From Balanoglossus misakiensis (taxonomy: Eukaryota > Animalia > Hemichordata), in contig CM082587.2 of NCBI GenBank assembly GCA_040954595.2, positions 2,323,000 through 2,386,999 on the forward strand: a DNA stretch of 64,000 nt, written 5' to 3'. The position numbers and the translations under genes were made by a program. Below the pieces are notes generated by a model, which saw nothing but the letters and a program-made list of their open reading frames with translations, searched no databases and was not told the DNA's origin. Position 1 is the stretch's first letter, and each line of letters opens with the position of its first letter. Shown here one piece after another: positions 57,996 through 64,000 of the stretch.

Positions 57996-60900
57996 CTGGA
58001 ATACAAGAAAAGATGGGGAAATAATTAACTTGACATTCATACAATTTTGCTCTAATATCACACCTGATTTGAATTCATGATCTACCTGCAAATGTTAAAT
58101 TGCTATAAAAAAGAAAATGTTAATATAAAAACTTATAATTATGTGAACGCAGTGAATGGTGGCGCTTTTGATGATTCGCTGGTGTTTGTCATTCACCACA
58201 TGTCCATGAACACTTCACAGATACTTAAAATTAACTATATTGTTTTGGCTTATAACCATCACAGTTGAAGTTACTTTCAGCTGCACTTCAGCTAAAGTTA
58301 CAACGGGAGCAAGTCTTTCATTATCACCATGGAGGACACACCACTACTTCAAAAATCTTCCCAGTGTGACATCAAAAACCGTGCCTGGACAAAAACACCA
58401 ATACAGCCTCAGCGACAGAGCATCGGAGCATCGGTGGGCCAATTTACCCCCGCGCATAACTCCCGAATTCCAGACGGCAAATATGCGCGATCTGATGGAC
58501 TGCATGTTGGGACGGGCACCTGTACGGCATCACTTGACCTCTGACCTCTCAGTTGTGGAGACTCATCCAAAGTTTCAGCCCATCCTTGGAAGCGCATATC
58601 CCAAACACCATGGACACTTCAACAGTTTACGCATCACTGATTTCCGAGCTAGATAAATAAGAACCCGATCTGCGATCCCACTGGGAAAGCAGAATCTAAA
58701 CTATGTCTTCCATCACCCCCTGTAAGGGTCCCAGTTTTAGCTTACGTCTCCTGCAAATGCTACGCATTGCTGACACTACGGTTGAAAATAGCTGAGAATC
58801 CAACATTTAAACCAAGAAGATAGTTTGGGTAACTCAATGATGCCAACTTATCAGTCATTCGCTCCCAACAAAAACACTTTACGACAATTAAAGTTCCACA
58901 ATTAAAGTTCCATGGCAAATCGCGGTGGAAAACATTCAGTTTCCTGTCACAAAGTCAAATATACATGATGTGATGCGGTGCTGCTTATAGTGAATGAATT
59001 TTGTGTTGAAATAAAATATGGAAGATAACTGGCTGTGGATGCATGCATAGAGACAGCAGCTCAGACAGGATAAATTTCAGAAACTACCTGATGTGTGATT
59101 TGATGCCACTGAATTTTATACTTTCAGAAACTGCATCTGTGCATCACTCTCAGCAAAACTGTAATGCGGTTGTGAAGCAAAATGGAATTGCTGATAACAT
59201 GTCAAAATGAAGGAAGGTGAGGGGGGGGCGGTCTCGTGTCCAGGGAGGTGTGCATGTGTGTGTGTGTGGGGGGGGGGAGGGGGAGAGGGGGGTAAAGTGT
59301 CAATCAAATCTGTAATGCAAAATCGGATTAAGATTCTAAAACACATTTGATTTTGACAAAAAATTCAGTGGAATTAATTACAGCTATGAACTGGCTGCTA
59401 TTTTTCTCAGGTTCTCTTTGGACTAAACACAATGATTTCTCACATCATTAACGAGGTAAACCTCTAATTAGCTGAGGAGCGTGCCCGACTGCCTCTGTGA
59501 CAGAAACATAATTAAACAAATTACTTTCTGCTAATCAATTAATTTGTTGTCAATTACTAATCCAATCAAACTTTTCCTAAGCAACAGGCAAATTGATATT
59601 ATCAGTGTTTGGTTCGCTGATTATGTTGAGAATTAAGTGAAAATATATTAAAAAGTTGGACTGGTCTTTGGCTGAAGGCTTTTGTTTGCCTCACTAATCT
59701 GAACAAACCCGTAACATTGTCTATTTTACTGCTAATTAAGTCAACCACACCACAACAATATGAAAAAGAGAGGTAATTAATTTGGTTATGGGCGCTTTTC
59801 GGTGGAAGCAATGGTTATTTTATTTCAAACTGAGATGAAAGAAAGCGATCCGATTGTGGTGGCCACACTGATTTGCTTAATGCTGTTAGTAATTTTGATT
59901 TGGTTGCCACAAATGACCAGTGATTGATTAAATAAAACTGGCCTTAAAAAATAAATCCCTGTATTGGATTTGGAACATGGGAACAAACCAGAAATGCTGC
60001 TTGCACATGGGCTGGGTGCTAAATGGATTGGAAACTTTGGGCTTGGAAACAGACAACTTTAACACAGGTGGTTTGAGGTTTATATCTCTCACTGCTAGAT
60101 ATAATACTGTTTTTTTTTCTCTCTCTACAAAATAAAAATCCGGTGTTGATGGCTATTCGGGTTGACCGAATTACCCTTCCTGAGTTGTAAGATTTCAACC
60201 ACATGGTCATTCTGTGCCCTCAGGAGACAACTTTCATCAAGTATTTGGGGACTAGAATTCTGTTAGGCAACCCAGTGAGCTAACCAGTATCACATTTGTC
60301 ATTTGAGAAACCAAAGTTGCCAGGGCTGACATTTCTCATTTGAATGTTTGGGCGGCCGCCCGCCACTCTGTTACTCCGGATCATTTGAACCGCATGTGGA
60401 TAAATTTAGATTTAAACTTTAAAAAAGCTTAAAAAATCCTGGTTTTTGGTCAAAAACTGTTCCAAACAGTTTCAAGAACCACAAGCATTATTGACACATA
60501 TTTGGTTTTCAGTCTCAGCAACTTTGCACAGGTTGTAGAAAAACTGCATTATGCAGACATCGTGTTTTTTTTTTCTTATTGGAAAAGACCAACATGTGTT
60601 TTAAGTTTGTAAGGTAAGAAGGCAAATCTCACATGAAGTATTGTGCATGTAGTGTAAATGTTTATGTTGTGTAATGCCCAATTACCCTTCTCACACATCT
60701 ACAAGTATCCAGCCTTCTCCACAAACTGACAGCTACCATTCACATGCCGATGCAACACACTATCACCAACATTTTCTTTCTCTCTACCTCTCTCTCCCGA
60801 TCCCCTCTCTCTCTCTCTCATCCAAACTTTTATACCATTTTGGGAAATACTGCAGACTATCTTTATCAAGCAAGGATTCAAAGTTTGAAAAGTGACTTGG

Positions 60901-61763
60901 CAAACTGATCTTGCAGGAGTGGCACAAAAATCTTTAAAAATCGGATGAAAACTACAGGGGAGGAAAACTCTATCTGTGGGAGCCATAATACTCTGATTTT
61001 GGGTGGATAATACCAGGATGTCTTATGGATAAACGGGATGAGCCGTACAGGGTGCTTGATTAAATTCAGCTTTGACTATAATCCCAGGCAAGATGACACA
61101 ACATTTCCATGTGGTTCCAGTTTCAACACTGCACAACAGTCCATGTCCTAAACTATACACGCGCACAACATTTCCAGTCCTGATGCATGCATGCATGCTC
61201 ACAGATTACAGGGTATATTTGAGAGTCTGCTAGTCCCCACTGTCTCTGACACCATCTGTGCTAAAAACACCTCACTGAAATTTTCATCCCAAGGGTTTGC
61301 TTAACAAAACATATCCCAGCAATAGAACCATGATCAGCTGAGCTGGTGACCACAACAGGTCTTATGTTAAGTCCATCAGTTTCCATAACATGGCCATTCG
61401 TAACCAGTGACTCTTTTCAACTGACGGGGGTTGCCATATCATACAAAAGGTGTCAACACTTGAGCTGAATCCACCCACAGCATCTGTGACATGTTCGATA
61501 TTGAAGAGATTTTACGGCGAGAAAAATCCATACTATTGTAATTATTTACACTCTGCTGTTCTGGTTGATATGGCATTTAGAAATTCATATCTATAGAGAT
61601 ACACACCACAGTGTAATGGGCTTTTTTTTTTACCAAGTTAGGAATTTCCTTTCACTTTTAAGAAAATTCTTCCAAGCCTAGATGGAGAGGGAGATGAGGA
61701 AAAGGTGACAACTTCGAATTACAGACCAGTGTATACAACATTGAGAAAGAAACATTTTAACTT

Positions 61764-61831
61764 TTCATTCATTCATTCATTCATTCATTCATTCATTCAT
61801 TCATTCATTCATTCATTCATTCATTCATTCA
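61764..61831. repeat. (TTCA)n microsatellite in the presumed LMX1 intron
   Basis: About 17 tandem TTCA units. Confidence 0.9.
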
Positions 61832-64000
61832 TCCATCCATTTGTTTGTTTATTTATTTGTCTGTCTACCTATCTATCTTATTTTTTGTTTGTCTTTCTGT
61901 ATGCCTTTTTTAATTCAAACTGAAAACTTATAAATGTCTACTTTATGATGTGTCAGTGATGGCATGCTGTTCGACGATATAGATATCTTGTCCTATTGTA
62001 TCACCTGTGCCATTTGTAAACTAATCTCTTTTGTCAAAATTTGCATCAGTCCAGCAGTAAACTCATTTTAATTAGATAAAACCCCACAAAACCCCACGCA
62101 ACATGTCAGTAAGACCAAACCTACGGCAAAAATATTACATTTTCATAATATTGGCAGTTTGGGTTTGGAACAGGATAAGACAGTTTTAATTTGATCCCTA
62201 TGAGCTGCAGCTTTTTGTATTACCGTCATAGTTTTACGTTCAAACTTTGATAGATTTAAATAAGCTTACTGCATGATGGGTAAACGCAAACGTATTATCA
62301 ACCTCCGATCATTGATTGTGACTGTACGTTTATATGTGAACACGTTATAATAAAAAAAGGGTGTTACACTCATTTATTGAGCCTAAGCTGTTGCAAGAGT
62401 ATATCACAGCTATGCCTTTACTTTGCATGGACAAAGTCAGATGCGTTCCAAAGTAAAAGAAAAGCATTTTTAGCTCTTGCACGCGTGTATGTGAAGATTT
62501 GCAACAGAGTGAAGAATCTGACTGTCTCTCACGAAATCTCTCGCCTGAGATCTAAACTTGCAGTTGCCAAGCAGGAGGCTTGGACACAACAAGGATTTAT
62601 TGCCACACTCTTCTGCTCTGCCTGTGAAAATATTTTGTCCAAGTTAATATTAACACAGCAACCGTCTCTATCAATCAATGCAAAACGATGCATGAAACTA
62701 AAAACATCACAGGTTCAAATAATGGATTTTTTTTTCTTCAAAAAAGTTGACTGCAAAAGGTGTCACTGTTTTCTGACAATTCAAATCAATATTTGTGTTC
62801 AAAAAGTCAGTCACTAAGTGGTGGTACGTCACAAACACTATGCGAGAACACTGTGACTGGTAGCTATCACTTTTATTAAAAAACCCAGCAATACACAGGA
62901 TTTGACTTAATCTGACTTAGAAGATCAGATAGCATACTACAACAGAATGCAAAGGTTATTTAACACACAGCTTGGGGAAAAATTGGTTGAATTTTAGAGC
63001 TTACCAGTTTACGTGTCAAGTCATATACAGTATCCCTCCCCTCAAATGGTATGGTTCTATGCCTCAAGGACATTTACCCCTCCCCTCCCCTCCCCTCCCC
63101 CATCTATTCTGACAATGCATCCTTGTCTTGTCCTGACAAGCTACTAACTGGAAATTTAACAGACCAGGTACACAAATTCGAACATGAAACTTTGGTTGTA
63201 TACATCAGAGTTTCAACTCAATATGGGAATACACAAAAAAAGATTTGACTGGAAATTTAATGGTATAACATGGAAGCCATAGAACTGTTTTGATATCATG
63301 TATACTCCCAGCACACTTTGCATCATATACTTTACCATGCCTAGGTAAACATCCGTGTTTACATTTCAATTAGTCTTGTGTAAACTTTAACTTTAGAAAT
63401 CACTTGGTGCCAGGCTTTATAGGCACAGCTTTCATTTTCACCGATTGGTTTTCTAGTTTTATATGGGGTGAGGTTCTGTACTGTCAGTTTTTTTTAATCC
63501 TTTCTCTCGAAGTGGTGCAATTTTGTTTTCCTTGACTGTAAGTGACAATTTCTTTGTGGTTTGTCAGAAAACTAAATCCACATTTATCTAATGCCAAGAT
63601 ATGGATTGTAAAGAAAAACTGTAAGAGTCAAAAACCTCAGTCATAGTGACGTACTGATAACACTGTTGATTCACACTGATATTCTGGTTTGGTTACTGAC
63701 ATTAGCACTGGCTCAGATCAATCAAAATAAACATTTCTGTGGCAACATATCACATCACTTAGAATCTTCACCATCAATTTTCAGATTACAGCCGATGATG
63801 TTTCAGGGAATTGTTGGAAGCGTTTTAACTCTGATCGGGAAATAATGGAAGGCTTCAGGATCTATCGCGAAATGTCTTGCCAGCTAGCTCGTGATAATTC
63901 TTCTTCCCCTGGATACAAAGCGAATGTAAAAGTTCATCTTTTATGATGGAAAACAACCTCCATGCATAAATCATTTTTTTCAATATACTGACAACAGCAA

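Noticed and set aside
58240-63248. ORFs inside the presumed LMX1 intron, including the HSFI-repeat ORF
   Set aside because: No LIM1 or other recognisable domain; the HSFI repeat is the translated (TTCA)n microsatellite.

Overview
Eukaryotic (animal) genomic DNA, AT-rich and gene-dense, with short spliceosomal introns. It is most consistent with a non-vertebrate bilaterian, but the species cannot be fixed from sequence alone. Fourteen spliced protein-coding genes were reconstructed by eye: RAPGEF1/C3G (3' part, +), STXBP1/unc-18 (-), PRPF38B (-), FBXW5 (-), a GPI-anchored Ly6/uPAR three-finger protein (+), an STPG3/SHIPPO-repeat-like protein with a long acidic N-terminus (+), PPP1R11 (+), POLR1H/ZNRD1 (-), DHX16 (-), SSNA1 (+), MRRF (+), PHYHD1 (-), PPT2 (+) and LMX1 (3' part, -). 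From recalled human map positions, the homologues of all firmly identified genes lie on the MHC paralogon (6p21-22, 9q33-34, chr1, 19p13), so the window looks like a compact piece of the pre-duplication 'proto-MHC' linkage group. Notable sequence-level features are an AT-AC minor-spliceosome intron in RAPGEF1, an apparent frameshifting deletion in FBXW5, a candidate 9-nt microexon flanked by TGCATG motifs, a GC-AG intron, several MITE/foldback elements with target-site duplications, perfect DR4 and DR5 nuclear-receptor elements at the PHYHD1/PPT2 divergent pair, and a TAATTA cluster in the LMX1 intron. No rRNA, tRNA or CRISPR features were seen. Exon boundaries were read manually and may be off by a few bases.
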